A stretch of 64,000 nt of DNA from Candidatus Saccharimonadia bacterium (GCA_023253175.1 JALRHH010000002.1:256199-320198), one strand, 5' to 3'. Positions 45,914-56,195 are shown, counted from the first letter of the stretch. The notes: a model not told the origin generated them from the letters alone. Numbers and translations: made by a program.

Positions 45914-46135
45914 GAGCCTCTTATCGGTTTCGCAGCGGTCCTGAAGCTGCGGCAATAGCGGCCTCAGCGCTCCGGCCAAGGCAGCGCCCTTGACGCCAAT
46001 GATGATCTGTTTTTCCTGAATTGTGATCTCGGCAGGTTGGCCAAATTTTTCATCAATAAAGGCCTTGATGGCCGCTATTTCTGGCGGTTCTTCGCGCTTT
46101 CTGCTAGCCAGTAAATCCCCGAGTGAATTAGACAT
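45896..46135 (-). CDS. hypothetical small protein, possibly DUF721/DciA-like
   Basis: 79 aa. The pattern ...IIIGVKGAALAGALRPLLPQLQDR...LLIRI is reminiscent of DUF721; weak by-eye call. Confidence 0.3.
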   Translation of the reverse strand: MSNSLGDLLASRKREEPPEIAAIKAFIDEKFGQPAEITIQEKQIIIGVKGAALAGALRPLLPQLQDRCETDKRLLIRIK

Positions 46136-46300
46136 ATATACCCAGTATAGTCGGTTGTTGTGTGCTGCTCAACCTGGCTTTTTATACCGCTTATGATATG
46201 AATACAAATATAATGCTGTGAAAATATTCACAAACCTTGACGTGCCTACAGTACACAGGACTATACTGGAACTATTGTTAGATAAAACAAATAAGTAACT

Positions 46301-46771
46301 ATGTCATTTACACTCCCAAACCCATTCAAACCATCAGCCCCAGAAGCCTCGCCTCAGCCTGCAAGGCCACACGAATTTTCGGTGCCAGCCTTCGATAAGC
46401 GGGACGGGCTAAGCGTACTTCCGTATGACAATGGTATCGGCAAAGTTGCACGTGCGGCATTACAGCACTCTGGCGCGGCTATTTTACGCGAGGATTTCGG
46501 TATCAAAGATGAAATCGAAGCCAGGCACCGCGCTAATAATATCGGTGAACGATTAACGGATGCTGGTTATTATGCTTCGCGTGAACTGTACGAAACGGAT
46601 GATATCGATGCGGTATGGCGTGAACGTGCCGTGACGGGTGACGACGCGATGGTGACGCTACTTAGCCTGAAGCATTATGCTGAATCCAACCGGCACGACT
46701 TTTATGCGAATAGGGCAGCCGATGTACTCCAGGCAGTTGATCCAACATCTACCCGTATAGAGCTGAAATAG
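46301..46771 (+). CDS. hypothetical protein
   Basis: 156-aa ORF with no recognisable motif. Confidence 0.45.
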   Translation: MSFTLPNPFKPSAPEASPQPARPHEFSVPAFDKRDGLSVLPYDNGIGKVARAALQHSGAAILREDFGIKDEIEARHRANNIGERLTDAGYYASRELYETDDIDAVWRERAVTGDDAMVTLLSLKHYAESNRHDFYANRAADVLQAVDPTSTRIELK

Positions 46772-46786
46772 ATATAATACTCTGGT

Positions 46787-47653
46787 ATGCCGGAGTTGCC
46801 CGAAGTAGAGACCGTTCGAAGCGGACTCAGTAAACTGATCCCTGGAAAGAAAATCCAGGCTGTTTCTCATGATTGGCCAAAATCATTTCCTAATAGTGCG
46901 GCTGATGTAGAGAACTTCTTGATTGGCGCTACTATTTCTGATGTTCGCCGTCGTGCCAAAGTACTGATGATTGACTTGGATTCACAGTACAGTTTGGTTA
47001 TTCACCTAAAAATGACGGGGCAGATGGTATTTGTGGGTGAGCAAAGATTTGGGGCGGGCCACCCGAACGATAGTCTCGTGCAAGATCTTCCGGACAAATC
47101 CACAAGGGTCACTCTGGAGTTTACCGATGGTTCAAAATTATTCTTCAATGATCAGCGCAAATTTGGTTGGGTCAAGTTGATGCCTACCATAGAGATTCCA
47201 AATATCGATTTCATGAAGAAGGTTGGACCTGAACCGTTGTCAGTTGAATTTACATGGCAGACACTTCGTGACCGTATGCAGCGACGTAAAAACAGCAATA
47301 TAAAGGCCGTATTACTCGACCAGACCGTACTTGCGGGTATCGGTAATATCTATGCCGACGAGGGACTCTGGGGCGCGAAAATTCACCCAACGACGCTTGT
47401 GCGTGACCTTAAAGACGCTCAGATTAAACTCCTCCACCAGGAACTACAATATGTGTTGGCACTCGCGATAGAGAAGGGCGGTTCTAGCAATCATACTTAT
47501 GTAAATGCAGAGGGTAAAAAGGGCAGCTATATGGATTTCGCGCGAGTATTTCGGCGCGAAAAGCTACCGTGTCCTCGCTGCGGCACAACCATTGAAAAAT
47601 CAAAAGTTGCCGGCCGTGGCACCCATACCTGCCCAATCTGTCAGGCGCATTGA
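46787..47653 (+). CDS. mutM: formamidopyrimidine-DNA glycosylase
   Basis: MPELPEVETV N-terminus, H2TH region, C-terminal zinc finger CPRCGTTIEKSKVAGRGTHTCPICQ. Confidence 0.93.
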   Translation: MPELPEVETVRSGLSKLIPGKKIQAVSHDWPKSFPNSAADVENFLIGATISDVRRRAKVLMIDLDSQYSLVIHLKMTGQMVFVGEQRFGAGHPNDSLVQDLPDKSTRVTLEFTDGSKLFFNDQRKFGWVKLMPTIEIPNIDFMKKVGPEPLSVEFTWQTLRDRMQRRKNSNIKAVLLDQTVLAGIGNIYADEGLWGAKIHPTTLVRDLKDAQIKLLHQELQYVLALAIEKGGSSNHTYVNAEGKKGSYMDFARVFRREKLPCPRCGTTIEKSKVAGRGTHTCPICQAH

Positions 47654-47686
47654 TTTAAATTACATTATATTGTATAATTATACGAT

Positions 47687-48340
47687 ATGAGTGAACAAAT
47701 TGGAGTGATTCTCGAATCAGATCCAGTAATAGTTATCGATATTAGACTTGGCAAGGAGCTACATCCTGGCCAGGCTGTACGCGTCGATTATCGCAATTTG
47801 CGTGACACGCTGGATGCTGTCGGCGCTCCTGGTGACAGTAGCGAGCTTACTATTACATTTGCCTCAGATAACGACAACGATATGGATGGCAATAGGGGCG
47901 AATACAATATTGGCCGCAAAGAAATTACGGTTGCTGTTGAACCGGACGCCCTTGATGCAACCCAGGACACGCTGGAGCATGAAATCCAGCATTATGTAGA
48001 TGATCTCAGTGGCTATTTTGATAATGAGACCTGGCTTCACCGAAAGCTTTACCATACTTCTCGGGCTGCGCATCGGCACGAAAAAAAGCTTAATGCAGTT
48101 ATGGTGGCTCCCCCTGTTCCGGCGGCGCTCATCTCTGTCTACGAGATGGCTAAAAACCAGTCCCATGATTCCTTTAGTCTTGAGTGCCTCGTTCCTGCGG
48201 CCGTTGGTATTGGTACCGCAATGACAATTGAGCTTGGCCGTTCGGTACTTCAAAGTATTTACCACAGGGATCCTAGTGAAGTGCGGGCACGTCGGGCCGA
48301 AGAATCGATTATCTTGCCACCGACCGTCACGATTGCCTAA
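47687..48340 (+). CDS. hypothetical protein with HExxH motif and C-terminal hydrophobic segments
   Basis: HEIQH at about residue 100. Hydrophobic stretches AVMVAPPVPAALISV and LVPAAVGIGTAMTI. Confidence 0.4.
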   Translation: MSEQIGVILESDPVIVIDIRLGKELHPGQAVRVDYRNLRDTLDAVGAPGDSSELTITFASDNDNDMDGNRGEYNIGRKEITVAVEPDALDATQDTLEHEIQHYVDDLSGYFDNETWLHRKLYHTSRAAHRHEKKLNAVMVAPPVPAALISVYEMAKNQSHDSFSLECLVPAAVGIGTAMTIELGRSVLQSIYHRDPSEVRARRAEESIILPPTVTIA

Positions 48341-48352
48341 AGTAGCGTATAA

Positions 48353-49276
48353 TTGGCATACGTGATTACGGTGCTAACAGGCGAAAATAGTTTTATGCTT
48401 CAGGCTGAGCTGCGGCGTATTGTTGACGGCTTTGTGAGTGAGCATGGCGACATGGTCTTGGAGCAATTTGACGGGGAAGAGGCGGACTTTGACCGCATGC
48501 GGGAATCCCTACAGGCGATGCCATTTCTAGCGAGTAATAAGCTCGTTGTTCTACGTAAGCCAAGTAGCAATAAGCAGTTCGTAGAAGCGGCCGAGTCGCT
48601 GCTTACGGATATTCCGGAATCAACGGAAGTTATATTGGTGGAACCAAAACTTGATAAACGCCTTGGCTATTACAAATTCCTAAAAAAACACGCAGATATG
48701 AAGACGTTTGATGAGCTGGACGGCCCAAAGCTCGCGGCTTGGTTGTCTGATGAAGCCAAACGGCTGGGTGGTGGCCTGGGCCGCTCTGATGCGTCGTACC
48801 TGGTAAACAGAGTCGGGATCAATCAACAGTTATTATCAGGCGAGATTCAAAAACTTCTTAGCTACGACAAAGCTATTACCAAAGAAACAATTGATCTCCT
48901 GACAGAACGAACGCCGCAAAGCACGACGTTTGATCTACTGGATGCGGCTCTGGCGGGCAGGCACAAGCAGGCGCTTGAACTGTATGCCGAGCAGCGGTCT
49001 ATGAAGGTAGAACCGCAGCAGATCATAGCGCTGCTTGGGTGGCAGCTCCATGCTTTGGCGCTGGTTAAGTCAGCAGGGAATATGGACGCAAATACAATTG
49101 CCAGCAAGGCAAAGCTGAATCCTTACGTGGTGCGCAAAACACAGGGCGTTGCCAGTCGATTATCAATGGCAGAAGTCAAAGAATTAGTACACACTGTGCG
49201 AGTGCTTGATCAGCGGATGAAGTCAGAGGCGATAGATGCCGATGAGGCCCTCCAGAATTTGATAATAGCCCTCTAG
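48353..49276 (+). CDS. holA: DNA polymerase III delta subunit
   Basis: Length and pattern (LTGENSFMLQAELRRI..., LVVLRKPS) are typical of HolA. TATAAT at 48348-48353 suggests the real start is GTG 48362. Confidence 0.7.
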   Translation: MAYVITVLTGENSFMLQAELRRIVDGFVSEHGDMVLEQFDGEEADFDRMRESLQAMPFLASNKLVVLRKPSSNKQFVEAAESLLTDIPESTEVILVEPKLDKRLGYYKFLKKHADMKTFDELDGPKLAAWLSDEAKRLGGGLGRSDASYLVNRVGINQQLLSGEIQKLLSYDKAITKETIDLLTERTPQSTTFDLLDAALAGRHKQALELYAEQRSMKVEPQQIIALLGWQLHALALVKSAGNMDANTIASKAKLNPYVVRKTQGVASRLSMAEVKELVHTVRVLDQRMKSEAIDADEALQNLIIAL

Positions 49277-49321
49277 GCTATGACATTGACTAATAATAGT
49301 ATATATAGTATAATCATATTT

Positions 49322-49666
49322 ATGATTGAAAATCTAAAAAATATTGGCGAAGCGGCGGCTGCAGATTATGAAGATCACTGGCAGAGAGCTTTTGAGCTTG
49401 CTTCTTCTCGAGAGAATGTTGAGCATCCAGAGCGTTCAAAAGCCCGTGGCATTACTCTTAGCGAAGAGGCAGCGCGGATATTACTTGGCCGCGTAGAAGG
49501 CTACTACGAAGATCAGTTTTTGGATTCTCGTCAGTTTCTGGATACTTACAGGCAGGAACTTTATGATCTTGCACTAATTGAGGCACACCTTGATGGCGTG
49601 ACGATCAATGTTAGGCAGCCACTAGAGATTGGTCAAAAAGTTGACGCTTCAAGCTCAACTAAGTAG
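49322..49666 (+). CDS. hypothetical protein
   Basis: 114 aa from ATG 49322 (ORF-track frame 49280..49666). Confidence 0.4.
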   Translation: MIENLKNIGEAAAADYEDHWQRAFELASSRENVEHPERSKARGITLSEEAARILLGRVEGYYEDQFLDSRQFLDTYRQELYDLALIEAHLDGVTINVRQPLEIGQKVDASSSTK

Positions 49667-49682
49667 TAATTTCAATGTTATT

Positions 49683-49710
49683 AAAAAGGACCGGTGATCC
49701 GGTCCTTTTT
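49683..49710. terminator. bidirectional intrinsic terminator
   Basis: AAAAAGGACCGG-tgat-CCGGTCCTTTTT. Confidence 0.85.
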
Positions 49711-49727
49711 AGTTTAATCAGAAATGA

Positions 49728-50117
49728 TTATTTCTTAGCTGCTGGCTTTTTTGCCGGTGCTTTTTTAGCAGCAGGCTTCTTAGCGGGAGCTTTCTTTACT
49801 GCAGGCTTAGCAGCTGCGGTAGTCTTCTTAGCTGCTGGCTTTGCTGCGGCTTTCTTGGTACCGGTAGCTGGCTTAACGCCTGCCTTTTTAGCTGTGCTTG
49901 CGAGCTGACTCTTCTTGCGTGCAGCCTTTTTCTTGCTGATTACACCCTTCTTAACAGCCTTGTCGAGGTTGCTCTGAGCTGCTGACTGAGTCTTTGCTGC
50001 TGGCTTTGCGACAAAAGCCTTAAGAGCGGTCTTTAGTGAACGCTTGGTCTTTACGTTACGAACAGTTGCTTTACGTGCAACCTTTACGCGCTTTTTTGCT
50101 GACTTGATAATTGGCAT
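49728..50117 (-). CDS. rpsT: 30S ribosomal protein S20 with Lys/Ala/Pro-rich C-terminal extension
   Basis: MPIIKSAKKRVKVARKATVRNVKTKRSLKTALKAF is the S20 core. The C-terminal ~50 aa consist of AKKPAAKK-type repeats. Confidence 0.85.
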   Translation of the reverse strand: MPIIKSAKKRVKVARKATVRNVKTKRSLKTALKAFVAKPAAKTQSAAQSNLDKAVKKGVISKKKAARKKSQLASTAKKAGVKPATGTKKAAAKPAAKKTTAAAKPAVKKAPAKKPAAKKAPAKKPAAKK

Positions 50118-50256
50118 GTGATTCCTTTTTGCTTATGCTTTTATTAATCGTCGAGATTGATCGTATCATTTGGGGTTAGAAAAGTAAAGGGAAGTGCTTG
50201 CATGACCATAAAGGTTATGTTACGATTCGCTACAGAGGTTATAAAAAACAAAAAAC

Positions 50257-52122
50257 ATGGAAAATACCAGAGCACAGCTTCTCGAGCGGCTCCAATCCGC
50301 TAGTAATATTCTTGTAACAGTCAGCAGCAGCCCAAGTGTTGACCAGCTTTCTGCTGCAATTGGTTTGACATTGATGCTCAACCGCGTCGGCAAGCAGGCG
50401 ACTGCGGTGTTTAGCGGTAAAGTTCCATCTACGATTGAGTTCCTACAGCCGGAAAAAACCATCGAAAAGAACACGGACTCTCTCCGTGATTTCATCATTG
50501 CACTTGATAAGTCAAAGGCCGATAAGCTGCGTTACAAGGTAGAGGACGACCACGTCAGGATCTTTATTACTCCGTATCGAACGGCCTTGTCAGAAAAGGA
50601 TCTCAAGTTTAGTCAGGGTGACTTCAATATAGAAGTTATTGTTGCGCTCGGGGTAAAGGACCAAAAGGATCTCGACCGTGCGATTACTGCTCACGGCCGT
50701 ATCCTGCATGATGCCACGACAATTTCTGTGACTAATGGCGAGCCAAGTAGTCTCGGATCGATTGACTGGGATGATGCGCAGGCCAGTGGTCTCAGTGAAA
50801 TGGTCGCTGGACTCGCGAGTGAGCTTGGTCCAAACAGTCTCGATGGACAGGTATCAACGGCACTCTTAACCGGTATTGTCGCTCAGACAGAGCGGTTCAG
50901 GAATGCACGAACACTGCCAGCTACGATGAGCATTAGTTCTGCGCTTATGGCCGCGGGTGCAAACCAGCAACTTATTGCATCCAAGCTAGAACAGGCTGCT
51001 CCTGAAAAAGCTGTCCCTAAATCTTTAACAAAGAAACAAGAGCGCAGTGAAGCACCAGAACCTGAAGCACCGCAGGAAGATCCAAGCGCACTTCGGATTG
51101 CTCATGAAGAAGAGGCGCTGCCAGACACTGTGACATTTGATGAGCCAGCAGAGCCACAGGCGGACGCAGGCCCACAAATAAAGAGTGTGAAAGCATTACC
51201 TGACGATGCTAAGGAGCCAACGCCCTCGGCAGTAAAGGCTGGCCGCGGTTTGGTGCTCGAGCCACCTACGATGGGTAGCAAGCTGACCGCTAATACCGAG
51301 CCAGAACACCTTGATCCTGCGACCGATCCACTTGGTGTTAAGCAAGAAGCGTCGCCGCTACTGTCTCGTAGTTCTGCAGAAGAGCCTGCTCCGACCGAAC
51401 TGCCTCCGCTACAACCTCCAGAAGAAGAGGCTGCCAAGCCAGAACCTGTTGTTCTTCCAGAAGAGACCCCTGAACCAGCACCAATAGTTGCTCCAGAAGA
51501 ACCAGAACTGCCAATTGCAGAACAGAATGACACTGAGGTACAGACGTTGACTGACCTAGAGGCCGCTGTCCGTGATAGCTACGCTGAACCTGTTAATGTA
51601 CAGTCATTTGCGGCGCCTGAACCAGCACCACTTGCTGATATTCAGGAGAGTCCAGCTAACGACGGTATTGATAATGCCCGTGATGCGGTATCTGATGCGC
51701 TTGCATCAATAAGGGCAAGTGAACAGCCGCTGCCTCCGATTGCTGCCCTCAATGCGCAGCCGTTTGATATTAATGATCAGCTTGGTGATCAGGCCTCGCA
51801 GCCGGAATTTACGCTGCCAGCAGCTGATCCGGTGCAACCGTTGGATATTCCAGAGTTTATTCCTCCTGCCGATGAGCCAACCCCAGCAGGCGCGCTTCCT
51901 GATTTCGTGCTGCCAGATGCTCCAGCTCCCGCAGGACAAGATGTTCCATCGCCAGTTGTTGATCCAAATGCACCTCCTGCAGTTCCACCGCCATTTATGC
52001 CGGGTGTAACTGATTTTGGTGGGCAATTGCCACCGATTCCACCGGCCCCGGATGCAGCAAATCCTCAGCAGCCACCGGCAGCGGGCAACATTGGTAACCC
52101 GTTTAATCTTCCTCCTGCCTAG
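50257..52122 (+). CDS. DHH-fold-like protein with degenerate catalytic motifs and a ~370-aa Pro/Ala/Glu-rich C-terminal region
   Basis: N-terminal ~250 aa follow the NrnA/DHH layout (ILVTVSSSPSVDQLSAAIGLTLML) but lack the DHH/DxD residues. The tail is low-complexity and P-rich. Confidence 0.4.
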   Translation: MENTRAQLLERLQSASNILVTVSSSPSVDQLSAAIGLTLMLNRVGKQATAVFSGKVPSTIEFLQPEKTIEKNTDSLRDFIIALDKSKADKLRYKVEDDHVRIFITPYRTALSEKDLKFSQGDFNIEVIVALGVKDQKDLDRAITAHGRILHDATTISVTNGEPSSLGSIDWDDAQASGLSEMVAGLASELGPNSLDGQVSTALLTGIVAQTERFRNARTLPATMSISSALMAAGANQQLIASKLEQAAPEKAVPKSLTKKQERSEAPEPEAPQEDPSALRIAHEEEALPDTVTFDEPAEPQADAGPQIKSVKALPDDAKEPTPSAVKAGRGLVLEPPTMGSKLTANTEPEHLDPATDPLGVKQEASPLLSRSSAEEPAPTELPPLQPPEEEAAKPEPVVLPEETPEPAPIVAPEEPELPIAEQNDTEVQTLTDLEAAVRDSYAEPVNVQSFAAPEPAPLADIQESPANDGIDNARDAVSDALASIRASEQPLPPIAALNAQPFDINDQLGDQASQPEFTLPAADPVQPLDIPEFIPPADEPTPAGALPDFVLPDAPAPAGQDVPSPVVDPNAPPAVPPPFMPGVTDFGGQLPPIPPAPDAANPQQPPAAGNIGNPFNLPPA

Positions 52123-52163
52123 AACCGAAGTTAGCTATCTATAGCTACCTCTGTTAAGATAAG

Positions 52164-52862
52164 GTGATGCAACTTCAGGGAATACTACTTGTTGATAAGC
52201 CAAAGACATGGACATCGTTCGATGTGGTTAATTATGTGCGCAGAATTGTAGCAAACGTGAATGGTACAAAGCCGCGGAACACAAAAGTTGGTCACTGCGG
52301 CACACTCGATCCACTCGCGACAGGCCTTTTGGTGCTCGTTGTTGGTAAGGAATACACGCGCCGCGCTGGGGAATTCACTAAGAGAGACAAGATTTACGAA
52401 GTTGAGTTAAAGCTTGGCGAAGTCAGTACGACCGGTGACGCGGAAGGTGAGAAAACAATAGTGTCTGACACCATTCCAGCGGAAAACGCAGTTACAGAGG
52501 CCCTAAGCACGTTTCAGGGCGAAATTATGCAGACGCCGCCGATCTATTCGGCCATGAAGGTGAACGGACAGCGCGCCTACAAGCTTGCTCGCGCGGGTAA
52601 GGAAGTTGAGCTGGAGGCTCGTCTGGTAACGATTCATCAAAATCTACTTACTGGCTACGAGTATCCTAATATCAAATTCACGAGCCATGTCAGCAGCGGC
52701 ACGTATATTCGGAGCCTCGTTGAAGACATCGGGAAAGCACTTGAAACGGGTGCATACATGACGGAGCTGCGCCGTACAAGTATCGGTGATTTCAGCATTA
52801 ATGATGCTGTTTCAGTTGAGAATCTAGATGCCGAAATAATACAAAATAATCTGATTGCATAG
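52164..52862 (+). CDS. truB: tRNA pseudouridine-55 synthase
   Basis: GHCGTLDPLATGLLVL catalytic motif; PPIYSAMKVNGQRAY. Confidence 0.93.
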   Translation: MMQLQGILLVDKPKTWTSFDVVNYVRRIVANVNGTKPRNTKVGHCGTLDPLATGLLVLVVGKEYTRRAGEFTKRDKIYEVELKLGEVSTTGDAEGEKTIVSDTIPAENAVTEALSTFQGEIMQTPPIYSAMKVNGQRAYKLARAGKEVELEARLVTIHQNLLTGYEYPNIKFTSHVSSGTYIRSLVEDIGKALETGAYMTELRRTSIGDFSINDAVSVENLDAEIIQNNLIA

Positions 52863-54528
52863 AGAAAATATAGTGATTGCAGATATCCAAATTTACGATA
52901 AATCCTACGGTGACAAGACACTCTATAGTGGTCTTGAACTAAAGCTCAATGCTAATGAAAAGGTTGGCCTCGTTGGCCGTAATGGGACAGGCAAAACGAC
53001 CTTGTTCAATATCCTAACAGGCAGCGATACCGACTTCGCGGGCGATGTAAATTTCCGTAAGAATTTGGTTGTGATTGATTCCCGCCAGGAACACCACGGC
53101 TTTGAAGATACGCCAATTTTGGAATACATTCTAGACGATCTACCGGAGTACAGCAGCCTTAAGCACATCCTTGATACCTACCCAGAAACCATGGGCAGCA
53201 GTATGAAAAAAATGGAAGAATATTCTGACGCGCTGGAGCGTTTTACAGTACTGGGTTATTTCGATGTTGAGGAAGAGATCAAGCGCAGCCTCACAGCCTA
53301 TCAGATTAGTGAAGAAAAGCAGCTTGGTACCATTGGACAGTTATCTGGCGGCCAAAAACGGTTTATTGAATTGGTAAAAGTGCAGCACGCAAGAGCTGAC
53401 TTGGCACTGATTGACGAGCCGACCAACCACATGGACTATGTCGCTAAAGAGCTATTTCTTGATTGGTTCAAACCTGTAAAGGAAACAGTCGTAGTTATTA
53501 CGCACGACCGTGATGTCCTGCACCATGTGGATCGTATTGTGGAGATTCGTGATGGCAGGGCATTCGATTTCAAGGGTAACTACGATGATTACCTCCGCAC
53601 CAATGCCACCAAGATTACGGGGCAGGTAAATGAGTACAATGTGACCCAGCGCCGTATCGCTAACCTTAAAGAAAACGTTGTCAGATTCCGGAGGCTTAAG
53701 GAGCGTTCACGTGATCCCGGTACCATCCACCGATTTAAGTCTCTTGAGGAAAAAGCCAAGAAAGAACTGACAGAACTGGAAAAGATGGACAAGCCATCCT
53801 TCTGGATTGACCGCGAATCAGCCAGTAATTTGAACACCAAGATGAGCGAAGCCTACGAAGAGCACAAGGCGCGCAACATTATTATTCGTGCCCGCAAGGC
53901 AGCGACTAAATCGAGCAATCTACTGGTTGATGTTAGCAAGCTCGGCCTCGGCTACGCTGAACCGTTGTTCGAAGATCTTTCATTCCAATTACGGGAAGGA
54001 GAGAAGCTTCGTCTCCATGGTCGTAACGGCGCTGGTAAGACCACGCTGATCAAGGCAATCCTGGCTGCATCAGAGGATACAAAGCCAGAAGCAACCATCT
54101 ACGGCGGTGTTATCGATACACTTCGTGAGCTACGAATCGGTGTCTATGAACAAGAAATCAGTCCAAAATACCTGGACATGAAACTGGGCGCGGCGATTGA
54201 ACACGCACTTATGGCTAAAAATGTGCAGGTGAATGATACCAAGATCAAGCAACTGCTAGGCGACTACTTGTTTAACCCTATGACCGACGGTGATGTGCCA
54301 ATTAGCCGGCTCAGCGGGGGACAGAAAGCTCGCTTCCAATTGATGAACATGCTGGCTAATGACCCGCAGCTTTTGATTCTTGACGAGCCGACCAATCACC
54401 TCGACCTCCCGAGCATCGAGGAGCTAGAAGATGCCCTAAAGCAGTACCACGGCGCCATCATCTACGTTTCTCACGACAGCTACTTCGTCAAAAACCTCGG
54501 CGGCGAAACCATCCAAATCGGAAGTTAA
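52855..54528 (+). CDS. ABC-F family ATPase (tandem ABC domains, no TM domain)
   Basis: Two Walker A motifs (GRNGTGKTT, GRNGAGKTT), two signatures (LSGGQKR, LSGGQKAR) and an inter-domain linker. True start may be GTG 52873. Confidence 0.88.
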   Translation: MHRENIVIADIQIYDKSYGDKTLYSGLELKLNANEKVGLVGRNGTGKTTLFNILTGSDTDFAGDVNFRKNLVVIDSRQEHHGFEDTPILEYILDDLPEYSSLKHILDTYPETMGSSMKKMEEYSDALERFTVLGYFDVEEEIKRSLTAYQISEEKQLGTIGQLSGGQKRFIELVKVQHARADLALIDEPTNHMDYVAKELFLDWFKPVKETVVVITHDRDVLHHVDRIVEIRDGRAFDFKGNYDDYLRTNATKITGQVNEYNVTQRRIANLKENVVRFRRLKERSRDPGTIHRFKSLEEKAKKELTELEKMDKPSFWIDRESASNLNTKMSEAYEEHKARNIIIRARKAATKSSNLLVDVSKLGLGYAEPLFEDLSFQLREGEKLRLHGRNGAGKTTLIKAILAASEDTKPEATIYGGVIDTLRELRIGVYEQEISPKYLDMKLGAAIEHALMAKNVQVNDTKIKQLLGDYLFNPMTDGDVPISRLSGGQKARFQLMNMLANDPQLLILDEPTNHLDLPSIEELEDALKQYHGAIIYVSHDSYFVKNLGGETIQIGS

Positions 54529-55319
54529 GCGTATTGATTGTAGAAAGCTTCATCAGCCTGCGCTACTTGTTGCCAGGTGGTGATGCGCCCCTGTTCGATG
54601 TCCTGTAGCAGCGATAGATGAAACAAGTACGCATGTCTCCGTAAGCCACCAAAGAGTAGTTCTGCGCCAGGGTAGGGGTAGCTGTATGTATCAAGAAGTT
54701 GTACCTGTTCCTCTTGAAATGCAGCGAGATCATCTAAAGATGGTGGGAGTTCCTGTGCTTTGTATCCAAGGCGTTCACGGAACAAGTCATGGCCGACACG
54801 TGGTCCATGAGCTGACGCAAGCGCTTCCATGTCAGCGCTTGCGACGCAGGCTGCAATCTGTGCGGATCGCTCATTTGGAAACATAATCTGGCCGTAATAT
54901 TGCAGTAGTCGTCCTTGATCATCCAGCGTACAAACAGTGCTCATAATTGCAAGTTCAGCAATTTCAATATCTTCTGCCGGGAGGTGCATTTCTTGCATAC
55001 GAGTAGTAAGCCATGCGGCGCTTGCAGACTCCGGTAAAATATCATCGATTCTATCGTGGATGACATCGTGTGCGCTCGCAATGGTAGCTGCTAGCGCTTG
55101 ATCGTATGGTGATAACTGCATATCACGAGCAAGGGTGCGAGCTGCGTTTTGTACACGGGTCGTGTGATTCAGATTATGGTACGCCAGATCTCTGACTTCA
55201 GGGCGGATAGAGCCGCTGCCATCACCATAAGCGTGTGCTACTTCTGCAAGCGCTTCATATCCAATAGATTCAATAGCCGAAAGGTGTTCTTGTGATTCCG
55301 GGGGTATCATGTTTTCCAT
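54525..55319 (-). CDS. HD-domain-like metal-dependent phosphohydrolase
   Basis: YHNLNHTTRV ... SAHDVIHD fits the H...HD...D pattern. Confidence 0.5.
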   Translation of the reverse strand: MENMIPPESQEHLSAIESIGYEALAEVAHAYGDGSGSIRPEVRDLAYHNLNHTTRVQNAARTLARDMQLSPYDQALAATIASAHDVIHDRIDDILPESASAAWLTTRMQEMHLPAEDIEIAELAIMSTVCTLDDQGRLLQYYGQIMFPNERSAQIAACVASADMEALASAHGPRVGHDLFRERLGYKAQELPPSLDDLAAFQEEQVQLLDTYSYPYPGAELLFGGLRRHAYLFHLSLLQDIEQGRITTWQQVAQADEAFYNQYA

Positions 55320-55412
55320 ATATGCTCCTTATTACGGGTCTATAGTAATGCGTTGTGGTTTCAGCGCATAGTTGTTGTGCAAAAAATGCACAACTTGTAC
55401 TACACTAAAGAC

Positions 55413-56195
55413 ATGAGCCATATTGAAAACATGATAACTCGTTACTTTCAGCAACTGGGATTTACGCCAGAGCATGCACGGTTTTATGCTGCACTTATCG
55501 AACACGGCCCCCAGACACTCTCTGAATTGTCGCGTTCAGCGGAAATAGAGCGAACAAAGCTATATCGTCTATTACCGGAGCTTCAGGCAGCTCATTTGGT
55601 TGTTGTTGACAGCGAATATAAACACGGTATCTTAGAGGCAGCTCCGCTAGATAACCTTGAACTACTTCTCGCGGAGAGAGATAGTGAGCTGCAACTTCTC
55701 AAACAAGAACTCCCACTTCTGAAACAATCATTGCAACCGAGCGTGCAGCAAGATCCCAAAACTAAAATTCAGTTTTACAGAGGAACTTCAGGAATAAAGC
55801 AGATGCTTTGGAACGAAACTGCCGCCACAACTGAAATTATTGGATTACTTCACCAGGGTTTACAGCAGTATACGGGCGCGGTATTTTTTGATCGTTGGGT
55901 AGCAAAATGCAATAGTCGTAGTGTCACAAGCAGAAGTATTGTGAACGAACAATTCTTTGACCAGCAGACCCAGTGGCATCAAACGCACACCAGCACTAAA
56001 CTGCAACATTGGCAGGGAAGACTCATTCCTGTCGACACGTTTGCGATTACTCATAGCATGGTCGTATACGACAATGTCCTAGCTTACTTTAATTGGCAAT
56101 CCGGCGGCGAGGTGTTTGGAGTGGAGCTTCACAACCAGCAGCTCGCTGATACGCAGCGTCAATTCTTTGAGTTACTGTGGGAGCAGGCACGGTAA
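55413..56195 (+). CDS. TrmB-family transcriptional regulator
   Basis: N-terminal wHTH LGFTPEHARFYAALIEHGPQTLSELSRSAEIERTKLYRLLPEL. Start at ATG 55413. Confidence 0.6.
   Translation: MSHIENMITRYFQQLGFTPEHARFYAALIEHGPQTLSELSRSAEIERTKLYRLLPELQAAHLVVVDSEYKHGILEAAPLDNLELLLAERDSELQLLKQELPLLKQSLQPSVQQDPKTKIQFYRGTSGIKQMLWNETAATTEIIGLLHQGLQQYTGAVFFDRWVAKCNSRSVTSRSIVNEQFFDQQTQWHQTHTSTKLQHWQGRLIPVDTFAITHSMVVYDNVLAYFNWQSGGEVFGVELHNQQLADTQRQFFELLWEQAR

Noticed and set aside
49675-49908. 77-aa plus-strand ORF (FLAAGF repeats)
   Set aside because: It is antisense to the Lys/Ala-repeat tail of rpsT, so it is an artefact of the low-complexity repeat.
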